NCBI GenBank assembly: GCA_041667545.1
Contig: JBAYES010000002.1
Coordinates: 5,035 to 69,034 of the forward strand
From: Candidatus Omnitrophota bacterium
GTDB taxonomy: Bacteria > Omnitrophota > Gorgyraeia > Tantalellales > Tantalellaceae
DNA length: 64,000 nt
Reading direction: 5' to 3'
Under the pieces are notes generated by a model, which saw only the letters and a program-made list of their open reading frames with translations, did not search any database and was not told the DNA's origin. The position numbers and the translations under genes were made by a program. Numbering within the stretch: the stretch's first letter is position 1; each line of letters opens with the position of its first letter. Below, one piece after another: positions 38,266 through 49,029 of the stretch.

Positions 38266-39703
38266 TGTAAGAGGATTCCTGAAGGTAAGAAGAAAAGAAG
38301 CGGCTTACCGGCCCGTCTGCGAAAGGGTGAAAGATTTCGAGGAGGTTGCCGTGCCCACTCCGCCGAAGGATGCGGAGTATCAGGCATCGAGATGCATGGA
38401 TTGCGGAGTGCCCTTCTGCCACTGGGGATGCCCCATAGGCAACTATATTCCCGAATGGAATGATATGATGTTCAAACAAGACTGGGAAAACGCTTTCAAA
38501 ATGCTTGCCTCTACGAATAATTTCCCCGAAATAACAGGCCGTATATGCCCGGCCGCGTGCGAACAGGCGTGTGTATTGGGAATAAACGATGAGCCCGTGA
38601 CGATAAGGGAGAACGAGCTTTCCATAATAGAGAAAGCGTTCGGTTCTGGTATGGTCAAGCCGAATATTCCCGAAAGGCGGACCGGAAAAAAGATAAGCAT
38701 TATAGGTTCGGGCCCGGCCGGGCTGGCTTGCGCTGACCAACTTAACAGGGCGGGACACAGCGTAACTGTTTACGAAAAAGACGACCGCCCCGGGGGTCTT
38801 TTAAGGTACGGGATACCCAATTTTAAGCTGGATAAAAAAATCCTTAATAGACGCATAGACCTTATGGCCGCCGAAGAGGTAAAATTCATTTCCGGTGTTG
38901 AGGTGGGAAAAGACATGACGTTGGACGATATCATGCGTAAAAGCGATGCCGTATGCCTTGCTCCGGGCTCAGGCCGCCCCAGGGACATAGATATAGAGGG
39001 CCGTGAGCTCGAAGGCATACATTTCGCGATGGATTATCTTACGCAGGGCAACAGGATAGCGGCGGGAGAGGCTATAGACCCGCGGGAAGCCATATCGGCT
39101 AAAGGCAAGAAAGTGGTGGTCATAGGCGGAGGCGATACGGGTTCTGACTGTGTGGGTACCGCTAACAGACAGAACGCCGAATGCGTAGTCCAGATAGAAC
39201 TTATGCCAAAGCCGGGCGAATGCCGCAGTGAGGATCATCCCTGGCCCATGTACCCCACTCTTTTAAAGACATCATCAAGTCATGAAGAGGGCGTTACCCG
39301 GGACTGGTCGGTATTTACTAAGAGATTTACGGGTTCGGAAGGGAAAATAGAAAAACTTGAATGTGCCAGGATCGAGTTTTCGCGGGAAGGCAAAGATAAA
39401 TGCCCGGTCATGAAAGAAGTGAAAAATAGCGGCTTTTGTATAGACGCGGACCTTGTTATAATAGCGGCGGGTTTTTTGTGCCCGATCACGGAAAAACTTT
39501 TATCAGGGGTAAGGGTTGACCTTGATAACAGGGGGAATATAAAGACCGATGCCAATATGATGACGGGCGCTGAGAGAGTTTTTTCCGCCGGGGACGGGCG
39601 ACGCGGACAGTCTTTGGTAGTATGGGCTATTTCCGAGGGCAGGAGATGCGCTCATAGCATAGATAAGTTCTTGATGGGAAAAAGTTTTTTGCCTGTTATG
39701 TAA
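38258..39703 (+). CDS. gltD: glutamate synthase small (NADPH) subunit
   Basis: 481 aa; N-terminal Cys-rich Fe-S 'CMDCGVPFCHWGCP', two Rossmann dinucleotide motifs 'IIGSGPAGLACA', 'VVVIGGGDTGSDC'. Confidence 0.85.
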   Translation: MGDVRGFLKVRRKEAAYRPVCERVKDFEEVAVPTPPKDAEYQASRCMDCGVPFCHWGCPIGNYIPEWNDMMFKQDWENAFKMLASTNNFPEITGRICPAACEQACVLGINDEPVTIRENELSIIEKAFGSGMVKPNIPERRTGKKISIIGSGPAGLACADQLNRAGHSVTVYEKDDRPGGLLRYGIPNFKLDKKILNRRIDLMAAEEVKFISGVEVGKDMTLDDIMRKSDAVCLAPGSGRPRDIDIEGRELEGIHFAMDYLTQGNRIAAGEAIDPREAISAKGKKVVVIGGGDTGSDCVGTANRQNAECVVQIELMPKPGECRSEDHPWPMYPTLLKTSSSHEEGVTRDWSVFTKRFTGSEGKIEKLECARIEFSREGKDKCPVMKEVKNSGFCIDADLVIIAAGFLCPITEKLLSGVRVDLDNRGNIKTDANMMTGAERVFSAGDGRRGQSLVVWAISEGRRCAHSIDKFLMGKSFLPVM

Positions 39704-39767
39704 AAAGGCGGGATGTTTTATAAATTTTATCAGAACCCTATTTAAAAGAGCTTTCAGGAGGGAATAA

Positions 39768-42359
39768 ATGGTAAGTACGGGATTTAAGAAACTCGACGAT
39801 GTTCTAACGGGATTGCGAATAGGGGATAATGTTGTCTGGCAGGTGGACGATATAAAAGAATACATGGAGTACGTTACTGCTTTTGTGACTGAATCACTCG
39901 CTGCCGGGAAGAAGGTGGTGTACATGAGGTTTGCCGCGCATCCGCAGCTCGTGAAACCCGCCCCGGGAGTTTCAGTTTATGAACTCGATTCGAACGAAGG
40001 GTTCGAAAGTTTTTCCACCGAGGTGAATGCCATAATAACACGGGAAGGAATAGGCGCGCATTATGTTTTTGATAGTCTTTCGGACCTTCTGCCGGCATGG
40101 GCTACGGATCTGATGATAGGTAACTTTTTTATGGTGACATGCCCTTACCTTTACGAACTTGACACTATAGCTTATTTTGCGCTGATTCGTAATTACCATT
40201 CATATAAGACCATAGCCAGGATACGCGAGACTACCCAGCTTTTGATAGATGTCTACGATTGTAACGGCGAATATTATGTGCATCCGCTAAAGGTGTGGAA
40301 CAGGTATTCCCCGACCATGTTCCTGCCCCATCTAAAGCAAGGGGATAAGTTCACGCCTATTACCGACAGCGTAGAGGCCACAAAAGCTCTTTGTTACATG
40401 AAAAATCCCGTAGCCGAAGGCGGTAAAAGGAATCTTGATTACTGGGACAGGCTTTTCATGAAAGGAGAAGAACTTTTATCTTCTAATGCTCCTATGGCGG
40501 AACGCAGGAACATGGTGGAGTTATTTTCGAATGTAATGATCTCAAAAGACCCTAAAATACTGGCCCTTGTAGAAGAGAATTTCTCTCTCGAGGACCTGGT
40601 TGAGGTGAAATCCCGTATGATAGGAACGGGTATAATAGGCGGGAAAGCGGTTGGTATGCTTCTTGCCAGAAAACTCTTATCGAAAAACAGGGAATTGAAG
40701 TGGGAAGAATGGTCCGAGCCTCACGATTCTTTTTATATAGGTTCGGATGTTTTTTACAGTTACATAGTGCAGAACGGGTGGTGGAAATTAAGGATCGAGC
40801 AAAAAACGGAACAAGGTTATTTTGACGCGGCGAAAGTTTTGGGGGAGAAAATGCTTCACGGAAAATTCCCCGAGGAAATAAGAGAACAGTTCCAGAGGAT
40901 AATGGAGTATTTTGGACAGTCGCCCATTATTGTAAGGTCGTCAAGCTTACTTGAGGACGGTTTCGGCAACGCTTTTGCCGGTAAATACGACAGTTTTTTT
41001 CTGTCGAATCAGGGGTCTCCGGAAGAAAGGTTCATTAAATTCATCGAGGCCGTAAGACGGATATATGCCAGTACGATGAGCGAGGACGCTCTGGTTTACA
41101 GAAGACAAAGGGGTTTAGATAATCTGGATGAACAAATGGCCCTTCTGGTACAGAGAGTTTCGGGGGCTTATCACGGGAATTATTTTTTCCCGGATATAGC
41201 GGGGGTAGGTATTTCTTACAATACCTACGTGTGGAACAAGGACATGTCTCCGGAGGCCGGTATGGTGCGTGTAGTCGCGGGGCTCGGCACAAGAGCGGTT
41301 AACAGGGTAGAAGGAGATTACCCCAGAATTGCGGCTCTTGACAGGCCTCTTCTGAGGCCGAATAGCGGGAGAGACGACATCGTGAAATATTCACAGCGTG
41401 AAGTGGATGTTATTAATATAAGCAAGAACGAGTTCGAGACCATATCCCTTGAGGAAGCCTCTTCCCAGGATGTAGATTACCTCATGGATGAGGTGGCAAT
41501 ACGAGATCATGAGGGAATGCGGCTTTTATCCGAAAGAGGCATAGAACGAAATGAAGCTCCGTGGGTGATAACTTTCGACAAGTTTTTTTCCGAAGGTGAT
41601 TTTATCGGCAACATTAAAAAATTGATGAAGACATTGGAAAAAGGCTATAGCTATCCCGTAGACATAGAATTTACGATCAATTTCTCAGATCATGGAAAGT
41701 ATAGGGTAAATCTGCTGCAATGCAGGCCGCTGCAAACCAGAGGGCTTGGTAAAAAAGTTTCCATTCCTGCAGATATAAAGAAAGAAAATATTATGTTTTC
41801 ATCCGCCGGCTGTTTTTTAGGTGGAAATGTGTCGCAGAACATATATAGGATCATATATGTGGATCCCGAAAAATATGTAGCTCTCAACGAAAGCGATAAA
41901 TACGATGTGGCTCGCGCCGTTGGGAAGCTCAACAGAAAAATACAGGACAGGAACAAGACCCCAACTCTTCTTCTTGGGCCCGGAAGGTGGGGTACGTCAA
42001 CTCCGTCTCTAGGTGTTCCCGTGAGTTTTTCAGAGATAAACAACATGGCCGTTCTGGGAGAGATATCTTTTGCTGGCGGGAACCTTGTTCCGGAACTATC
42101 GTTCGGCACTCATTTTTTTCAGGATCTTGTGGAAACAGAGATATTTTATGTGGCGATATTTCCCGAGAGATCTGAAAGTTATTATAATAAAACGTGGACG
42201 GGGGAGCTGAAAGATACTTTCTCCGAGGAACTTCCGGATTATTCCAAGTACAGCGGGATCATAAGTGTTTACGATGTAAAAGAGCGCGGGCTAAAAATAC
42301 TTTCCGACATGATGGCGCAGAAGATGGTGTGTTACAATTCCGTCGGAACAAAATCTTGA
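39768..42359 (+). CDS. PEP-synthase/PPDK N-terminal-like ATP-grasp (PPDK_N) domain protein with degenerate KaiC/RecA-like N-domain and uncharacterised C-domain
   Basis: 863 aa; central 'IIVRSSSLLEDGFGNAFAGKYDSFF' matches the PPDK_N nucleotide-binding signature; N-terminus 'TGFKKLDDVLTGLRIGDNVVWQVD' resembles KaiC/RadA fold without Walker A; no phospho-His or PEP-utilising domains. Confidence 0.45.
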   Translation: MVSTGFKKLDDVLTGLRIGDNVVWQVDDIKEYMEYVTAFVTESLAAGKKVVYMRFAAHPQLVKPAPGVSVYELDSNEGFESFSTEVNAIITREGIGAHYVFDSLSDLLPAWATDLMIGNFFMVTCPYLYELDTIAYFALIRNYHSYKTIARIRETTQLLIDVYDCNGEYYVHPLKVWNRYSPTMFLPHLKQGDKFTPITDSVEATKALCYMKNPVAEGGKRNLDYWDRLFMKGEELLSSNAPMAERRNMVELFSNVMISKDPKILALVEENFSLEDLVEVKSRMIGTGIIGGKAVGMLLARKLLSKNRELKWEEWSEPHDSFYIGSDVFYSYIVQNGWWKLRIEQKTEQGYFDAAKVLGEKMLHGKFPEEIREQFQRIMEYFGQSPIIVRSSSLLEDGFGNAFAGKYDSFFLSNQGSPEERFIKFIEAVRRIYASTMSEDALVYRRQRGLDNLDEQMALLVQRVSGAYHGNYFFPDIAGVGISYNTYVWNKDMSPEAGMVRVVAGLGTRAVNRVEGDYPRIAALDRPLLRPNSGRDDIVKYSQREVDVINISKNEFETISLEEASSQDVDYLMDEVAIRDHEGMRLLSERGIERNEAPWVITFDKFFSEGDFIGNIKKLMKTLEKGYSYPVDIEFTINFSDHGKYRVNLLQCRPLQTRGLGKKVSIPADIKKENIMFSSAGCFLGGNVSQNIYRIIYVDPEKYVALNESDKYDVARAVGKLNRKIQDRNKTPTLLLGPGRWGTSTPSLGVPVSFSEINNMAVLGEISFAGGNLVPELSFGTHFFQDLVETEIFYVAIFPERSESYYNKTWTGELKDTFSEELPDYSKYSGIISVYDVKERGLKILSDMMAQKMVCYNSVGTKS

Positions 42360-42509
42360 ACTATGTAATACAGTTGGCGTGCGGGGCGGAGCTTCTCTTA
42401 TAGAGTGCGGCCGGCTTTAGGATTATCAAATTCTCTTGCCTTATATGTATGTTTTGGTAAAATATGTCTGTTAGGATTGGCTTTTAAAACGGGAAAACAG
42501 GGAGGGATA

Positions 42510-42935
42510 ATGAAAAAAAACTTTAAATCGGCAGTACTTCTATTATCTGCTCTTACGTTCCTTTCCGGGTGCGCGTCAACCGGTTCCAAAGAAACAGGCA
42601 TTTTAAAAAATCGTATGAGCGCCTTAGAAGAAAGACAGGACGCTCTTGAGGCAAGAACAAGGGCTGTTTCAACGGATACAACATATGTTTCTGCTATTGA
42701 GAGGCCGGCGCTCACGGCGGCAACCTCGACTTCCCGGAAATCCGCGCCTGAAATGACAAAGCGAGAACTTCAGACAGCTTTAAAGAACGCGGGTTATTAT
42801 GACGGCGCAATAGACGGCAAGATCGGGCCAAAAACGCGCAAGGCCATAACCGATTTTCAGGCGGCTAATAAGCTGAAAGTTGACGGAATAGTGGGGCTCG
42901 AAACACGCTCGGAATTGTCGAGATATCTGAAATAA
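42510..42935 (+). CDS. lipoprotein with C-terminal peptidoglycan-binding (PG_binding_1) domain
   Basis: about 141 aa from ATG 42510; lipobox 'LSGCAS'; 'LQTALKNAGYYDGAIDGKIGPKTRKAITDFQAANKLKVDGIVGLETRSEL'. Confidence 0.5.
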   Translation: MKKNFKSAVLLLSALTFLSGCASTGSKETGILKNRMSALEERQDALEARTRAVSTDTTYVSAIERPALTAATSTSRKSAPEMTKRELQTALKNAGYYDGAIDGKIGPKTRKAITDFQAANKLKVDGIVGLETRSELSRYLK

Positions 42936-43002
42936 CAAGGGTTGAACCTTTGTGTTGGAAAAGCAATAAAGAGATAGTTTTACATGTTTCCGGCACTTTC
43001 GC

Positions 43003-43056
43003 GGGTCGTTGCGAGGAGCCCTGCACCGGAGCGAAGCGACTGGTACAGGGCGACGC
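43003..43056. repeat. fragment related to family A core (CGTTGCGAGGAGCC...GAGCGAAGCGAC)
   Basis: partial match to core CGTCGTTGCGAGGGAGCGAAGCGACC with an inserted hairpin GCCCTGCACC...; no TIRs. Confidence 0.3.
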
Positions 43057-43080
43057 GGCAATATAGAGAAAGATTTTTTC

Positions 43081-43109
43081 TTGACTCCCGGGTAATAAAG
43101 TAAGATAAT
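43081..43109 (+). promoter_or_regulatory. candidate sigma70 promoter upstream of nfnAB
   Basis: TTGACT - 17 nt - GATAAT. Confidence 0.4.
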
Positions 43110-43300
43110 CGTTCAAGGTCGGAAATGAACAAAGACGTTCATCCTCGCTGTAATACTATGGGAGGGGAACGCCTTTTTTTTTATCTGGATTGATAGATAT
43201 TAAGGCATTTTTTGGCCGCTGTTTAATCAGCTGAGAATGGCATAGATGATAATAATGAGATCAGTGGACTTAAGGACATAACAAAAAAGTGAGATGCGAA

Positions 43301-44143
43301 ATGCACAGGATAGTATTAAAAAAACAATTAAACTCCGAGATATCACTCGTGGAATTTGAGGCCCGGGACCTTGCTCTGGCCGCTGAGCCGGGTCAATTCG
43401 TTATATTGAGGGTCGACGAGAAGGGCGAACGTTTCCCCCTTACGATATATGACTTTGACCGGGCGAAGGGAACGATAACGGTGGTATGCCAGGCAGTCGG
43501 CGTAAGTACAAAAAAATTATGCGCTTTGAAAGAGGGAGAAGCCATACTTGATGCGGCTGGTCCGCTGGGACATGCTTCAAATGTAAAGGATATCGGCAAG
43601 GTCATCTGTATAGGAGGAGGAGTAGGGACAGCAGAGGCGTATCCTATAGCCCGCGCCATGAAGCGATCAGGCAATGATGTCACGGTAATAATAGGCGCCA
43701 GAAATGAGGAACTTGTTATCTGCGAAAAAGAGATCAGAGAGTTTTGCGATAAGGTCCATGTCACTACCGATGACGGGTCTTACGGCAGGAAAGGTTTTGT
43801 TACCGATGTGCTTAAAGAACTGATAGAGAAGGAAAAGTATGACCTGGTATTTGCCATAGGCCCGGTTCCCATGATGAAAAAGGTAGCGGAGGTAACCCGC
43901 GAGAAAGACATAAAAACCATGGTTTCACTGAACTCTATAATGATAGACGGAACCGGCATGTGCGGCGGATGCAGGCTTAAGTACGGGGGAAAATCAAGCT
44001 TTGCGTGTGTGGACGGTCCGGAATTTGACGCGAGTTTAGTGGATTTTGACGATCTTATGAAAAGAGGGGTCCGCTACAAGGACAAAGAAAAAAAAGCGAT
44101 GGATCATTACGGCGAAAGATGCCGTATCGGCCTTGACAATTAA
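43301..44143 (+). CDS. nfnA: NfnA / sulfide dehydrogenase beta-like subunit (FAD/NAD ferredoxin-NADP reductase fold with 2Fe-2S)
   Basis: about 280 aa from ATG 43301 (ORF track begins at GTG 43289); 'PGQFVILR' FAD-binding, C-terminal 'GTGMCGGCRL' 2Fe-2S motif characteristic of PyrK/NfnA family. Confidence 0.7.
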   Translation: MHRIVLKKQLNSEISLVEFEARDLALAAEPGQFVILRVDEKGERFPLTIYDFDRAKGTITVVCQAVGVSTKKLCALKEGEAILDAAGPLGHASNVKDIGKVICIGGGVGTAEAYPIARAMKRSGNDVTVIIGARNEELVICEKEIREFCDKVHVTTDDGSYGRKGFVTDVLKELIEKEKYDLVFAIGPVPMMKKVAEVTREKDIKTMVSLNSIMIDGTGMCGGCRLKYGGKSSFACVDGPEFDASLVDFDDLMKRGVRYKDKEKKAMDHYGERCRIGLDN

Positions 44144-45573
44144 TGTTTACGGAGAAAATGAAAATGACTGAAAAGGTAAAAATGAGAGAACGACCGGCTG
44201 GAAAAAGGACAAAAGATTTCGGCGAAGTGCCGTATGGCTATAGCGAAGAAGAAGCCGTGGCAGAAGCTTCAAGATGCCTGGGGTGTAAGACAGCTCCCTG
44301 CGTAAGCGGTTGTCCGGCCGAGGTAGACATTCCCGCGTTTATAAGGCTTATAAAGGAAAGAAAGTTTGATGAAGCGATAGCGGTCATAAAAAAGACCAAC
44401 ACTCTTCCTGCGGTCTGCGGAAGGGTATGTCCCCAGGAAGACCAATGCGAAAAGAAATGTGTTCTTGCGAAAACCGGGAACCCCATAGATATAGGGTCTC
44501 TTGAAAGATTTGCAGCCGATCATGAAGCCCGAGAGACCGGGGTTTCATCCGAGGGGGCAGCGGCAAATTCCAAAACCAAGGGAGTAAAAGTGGCTGTTAT
44601 CGGATCAGGACCGGCCGGACTTACGGCGGCGGCTGATCTGGCGGGAATGGGATACAGCGTTACGGTATTCGAGGGTCTGCACGCGCCCGGGGGAGTCCTT
44701 ACGTACGGTATTCCCGAATTCAGGCTTCCAAAAGAAATAGTAATGCGTGAGGTGGACGACATAAAGGCTCTCGGAGTGGATATAAAGTATAATTACGTCA
44801 TAGGTAAGATCAAGACCATAGAAGGCCTTAGAAAAGAGGGCTTTAAGGCATTTTTTATCTGTACCGGCGCGGGCCTTCCGAATTTTATGGGTATTGAAGG
44901 CGAGAATCTCTCGGGCGTCTATTCGGCCAATGAGTTTTTGACCCGGGTTAATCTCATGAAAGCGTATGATTTTCCAAGATATGATACTCCCGTAAATGTA
45001 GGATCCAAGGTGGCGGTCATAGGCGCCGGTAATGTGGCTTTGGATTCGGCCAGATGCGCTCTTCGTCTCGGAGCGGAAAAGGTTTATATAGTATACCGCA
45101 GGACCGAACAGGAAATGCCCGCGAGGCTGGATGAAATACATCATGCAAAGGAAGAAGGGATAGAGTTCCATCTTCTTACGACGCCCGTGGAAATAAAAGG
45201 CGACGAAAAAGGGGATATAACCGGCATGATCTGCATTAAAAATTCTCTGGGAGAGCCTGACGATAGCGGAAGAAGAAGGCCTGTTCCCATTAAATCTTCG
45301 GAATTCGAGATGGATGTCGACACCGTAATAGTAGCTATCGGCAACGGGCCGAACCCTCTTCTTCTTAAGACCGTCGAAGGGTTGGAGTTGAACAAATGGG
45401 GAAACATTAAGGCCGATGAGGAAGGCAGAACATCGGTTAAAGATATTTTCGCCGGGGGCGACATAGTGACGGGAGCCGCAACCGTAATAGCGGCCATGGG
45501 AGCGGGTAAAAAAGCGGCCCGTGTCATAGACAAGTATCTTTCAGCGGAAGATGCAAAAAACAAGACAGTTTAA
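44143..45573 (+). CDS. nfnB: NfnB / GltD-like NADPH oxidoreductase subunit (2x[4Fe-4S], FAD, NADPH)
   Basis: 476 aa (start ambiguous among four in-frame ATGs 44143-44182); 'CLGCKTAPCVSGCPAEVDIP', 'VAVIGSGPAGLTAA', 'VAVIGAGNVALD'. Confidence 0.75.
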   Translation: MFTEKMKMTEKVKMRERPAGKRTKDFGEVPYGYSEEEAVAEASRCLGCKTAPCVSGCPAEVDIPAFIRLIKERKFDEAIAVIKKTNTLPAVCGRVCPQEDQCEKKCVLAKTGNPIDIGSLERFAADHEARETGVSSEGAAANSKTKGVKVAVIGSGPAGLTAAADLAGMGYSVTVFEGLHAPGGVLTYGIPEFRLPKEIVMREVDDIKALGVDIKYNYVIGKIKTIEGLRKEGFKAFFICTGAGLPNFMGIEGENLSGVYSANEFLTRVNLMKAYDFPRYDTPVNVGSKVAVIGAGNVALDSARCALRLGAEKVYIVYRRTEQEMPARLDEIHHAKEEGIEFHLLTTPVEIKGDEKGDITGMICIKNSLGEPDDSGRRRPVPIKSSEFEMDVDTVIVAIGNGPNPLLLKTVEGLELNKWGNIKADEEGRTSVKDIFAGGDIVTGAATVIAAMGAGKKAARVIDKYLSAEDAKNKTV

Positions 45574-45590
45574 AAAACCGGAGGTGTTAG

Positions 45591-46928
<1,338 letters not shown>

Positions 46929-46952
46929 TCTGACCGTACAATAGACGAGTAA

Positions 46953-47004
46953 CCGGCGCGAATACCGATACAATGGTTTTGAAAACATGCGGTATTCGCG
47001 CCGG
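46953..47004 (+). terminator. long hairpin after gdhA (possible terminator, weak U-tract)
   Basis: 15-bp perfect stem CCGGCGCGAATACCG...CGGTATTCGCGCCGG followed by GTTTCAT. Confidence 0.4.
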
Positions 47005-47044
47005 GTTTCATGAAATAAGTTTAGCTTTGTATTTACACATCCCG

Positions 47045-47073
47045 ATTGACAGGCTGCTTGCCATGTGGTGTAA
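47045..47073 (+). promoter_or_regulatory. sigma70 promoter of thi operon
   Basis: TTGACA - 17 nt - TGgTGTAAT (extended -10). Confidence 0.6.
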
Positions 47074-47084
47074 TGTAAACGTAC

Positions 47085-47232
47085 ATCCGGGGAGGGCGTA
47101 GGACGCTCTGAGAGTTCCGCCGGCAAGCGGATTACCCGTATGACCTGAACTGTCCCGATGTTCCGGGGCAGGCCGAGACGACTGTAAGTACGTTTCGGAC
47201 TGGGTAATGCCAGCGTAGGGAGAGTGGGAAAA
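47085..47232 (+). ncRNA. TPP (thiamine pyrophosphate) riboswitch, THI-box
   Basis: CUGAGA...UACCCGUAUGACCUGA...GGGUAAUGCCAGCGUAGGGA conserved THI-element segments; followed by terminator; precedes thiE-thiS-thiG-thiH-thiF. Confidence 0.75.
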
Positions 47233-47237
47233 ACTTT

Positions 47238-47272
47238 TAAAACCTCATGCGCTTGCATGAGGTTTTTTGTTG
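47238..47272 (+). terminator. riboswitch expression-platform terminator
   Basis: CCTCATGC-gctt-GCATGAGG followed by TTTTTTGTT. Confidence 0.7.
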
Positions 47273-47372
47273 GAACGGCGGACGCGGGGACAAGATCTCA
47301 ACATTCGCCTTGGGAACGTTAAGATCTTGTCCTGAAGATGCGGGTGAAGCAAGAAATATGTAATATCCGCGT

Positions 47373-48239
47373 ATGAGGTGTGAGTTGAAGAGGAAAGTAT
47401 TTAAAGAAAATAGTCTGTATCTTGTTACGGGAGAGGAGTGTTCGGCAGGGAGGACGACTTTGGAGGTTGTCGGGGCGGCTATACGCGGCGGGGTCGACGT
47501 TGTTCAGATGAGGGAGAAGCATCTTTCGCCGAAAGAACTAAGGGAACTTGGTACGCGTCTTTCTGAGTTATGCGCGAAGAACGATGTTATGTTCATAGTA
47601 AATGACGATCCCTGTATAGCGAAAGAAGTGGGCGCGGATGGCGTGCATCTGGGGCAGGAAGATATTAAGAACTGGAGCCTGTCCTCGGCGCGGGAATTTG
47701 TTGGGCAGGACGGTATTATAGGCATTTCCACGCATTCTGTAGAGGAAGCCGCCGCCGCGTCTTCGGGCGACTCGGATTATATAGCTTTCGGGCCGGTGTT
47801 TCCCACAAAGACAAAAGATTATTTCATAGGTACGCGCGGTATTCCCGAGGTATTACGCATAAGCAGTAAGCCGGTTGTCTTTATCGGAGGCATATGTTCG
47901 GACAATATTGACGAGCTTTTTTCTCTGGGCGCCCGGAATATAGCCATGATAAGGCACATAACAGCCGCACCCGACATTGAATCAAGAGTAAGAGGGATAA
48001 AGCAGCGAATGATCTTGTCGGGCGGGACGAAAGCGCGGGCAAATGTGAGTATAAACGGAAAAACCGAGATCCTCGAGGGAAGGATAAGCATAGAAAAATT
48101 TATCGGAATAAAAGGGCTTATCCCAGAGCATGTAGTTATTGAACATAACAGCGCGATAGTCCCGAGAGAAAAATGGAATGAAGTTTTTTTGTCAGGCGGG
48201 GATAATGTTGAAATAGTCAGTTTTGTAGGCGGAGGTTAA
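47373..48239 (+). CDS. thiE: thiamine-phosphate synthase fused in frame to sulfur-carrier ThiS (ends -GG)
   Basis: 288 aa; N-terminal about 215 aa ThiE TIM barrel; last about 68 aa '[10 protein letters not shown]...[27 protein letters not shown]' is a ThiS/MoaD fold with C-terminal Gly-Gly; no stop between them (an internal GTG at about 48043 could also initiate a separate ThiS). Confidence 0.7.
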   Translation: MRCELKRKVFKENSLYLVTGEECSAGRTTLEVVGAAIRGGVDVVQMREKHLSPKELRELGTRLSELCAKNDVMFIVNDDPCIAKEVGADGVHLGQEDIKNWSLSSAREFVGQDGIIGISTHSVEEAAAASSGDSDYIAFGPVFPTKTKDYFIGTRGIPEVLRISSKPVVFIGGICSDNIDELFSLGARNIAMIRHITAAPDIESRVRGIKQRMILSGGTKARANVSINGKTEILEGRISIEKFIGIKGLIPEHVVIEHNSAIVPREKWNEVFLSGGDNVEIVSFVGGG

Positions 48240-48240
48240 A

Positions 48241-49029
48241 GTGGAAGATATTCTTGAAATAGGCGGCGCCAGGCTTGAAAGCAGGTTCTTTCTTGGTACG
48301 GGAAAATTCCCGAGAAAGTCAATGGTACGCGAGGTCATAGACCGGTCCGGCGCCCAGGTAGTGACCGTGGCTTTGCGGAGAGTTGACATCGGGTCCGAGG
48401 ATGAGAACATATTGGACTATATACCCGAAAACCGCGTGATAATGGCTAATACTTCAGGTGCAAGAACAGCTGAAGAGGCCATAAGGATAGCGCGTCTTGC
48501 CAGGGCTTCAGGATGCGGCAACTGGATAAAGATAGAGGTCATCCCGGATAACAAATACCTGCTTCCAGATAATTCCGAAACTCTTAAGGCCACAGAAGCG
48601 CTTGTGAAAGAAGGATTCACGGTACTGCCGTACATGAACCCTGACCTTATTTATGCTGTTAAAATGGCCAAAGCCGGAGCCGCGGCGGTCATGCCTTTAG
48701 GGGCTCTTATCGGAAGTAACAGGGGGTTCAGGACGCAGGAAATAGTAAGAGTGATGATAAAGGAACTGGAAGTCCCCGTGATAGTAGATGCCGGAATAGG
48801 GCGGCCATCCGACGCGGCAAAATGCATGGAACTTGGAGCCGGCGCGGTTCTTGTGAATACGGCGCTTGTAACATCGCAAGATCCGGTAGTTATGGCCGAA
48901 GCTTTCGCTCTGGCAGTAAGAGCAGGGAGGCTTTCATATCTTTCAGGACGGCCTGAAGCGGTGTATACGGCCTCCGCGTCCTCTCCGTTCACGGGCCTTC
49001 TCAGAAAAATAGCCAATGAAGAAAAGTGA
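48241..49029 (+). CDS. thiG: thiazole synthase
   Basis: 262 aa; 'GTGKFPRK...VTVALRRVD' ThiG TIM-barrel, Lys Schiff-base region. Confidence 0.8.
   Translation: MEDILEIGGARLESRFFLGTGKFPRKSMVREVIDRSGAQVVTVALRRVDIGSEDENILDYIPENRVIMANTSGARTAEEAIRIARLARASGCGNWIKIEVIPDNKYLLPDNSETLKATEALVKEGFTVLPYMNPDLIYAVKMAKAGAAAVMPLGALIGSNRGFRTQEIVRVMIKELEVPVIVDAGIGRPSDAAKCMELGAGAVLVNTALVTSQDPVVMAEAFALAVRAGRLSYLSGRPEAVYTASASSPFTGLLRKIANEEK

Noticed and set aside
43130-43200. 23-aa ORF (MNKDVHPRCNTMGGERLFFYLD) in the nfnA leader as a possible leader peptide
   Set aside because: It has no RBS, no following terminator or antiterminator structure and no codon pattern suggesting amino-acid attenuation.
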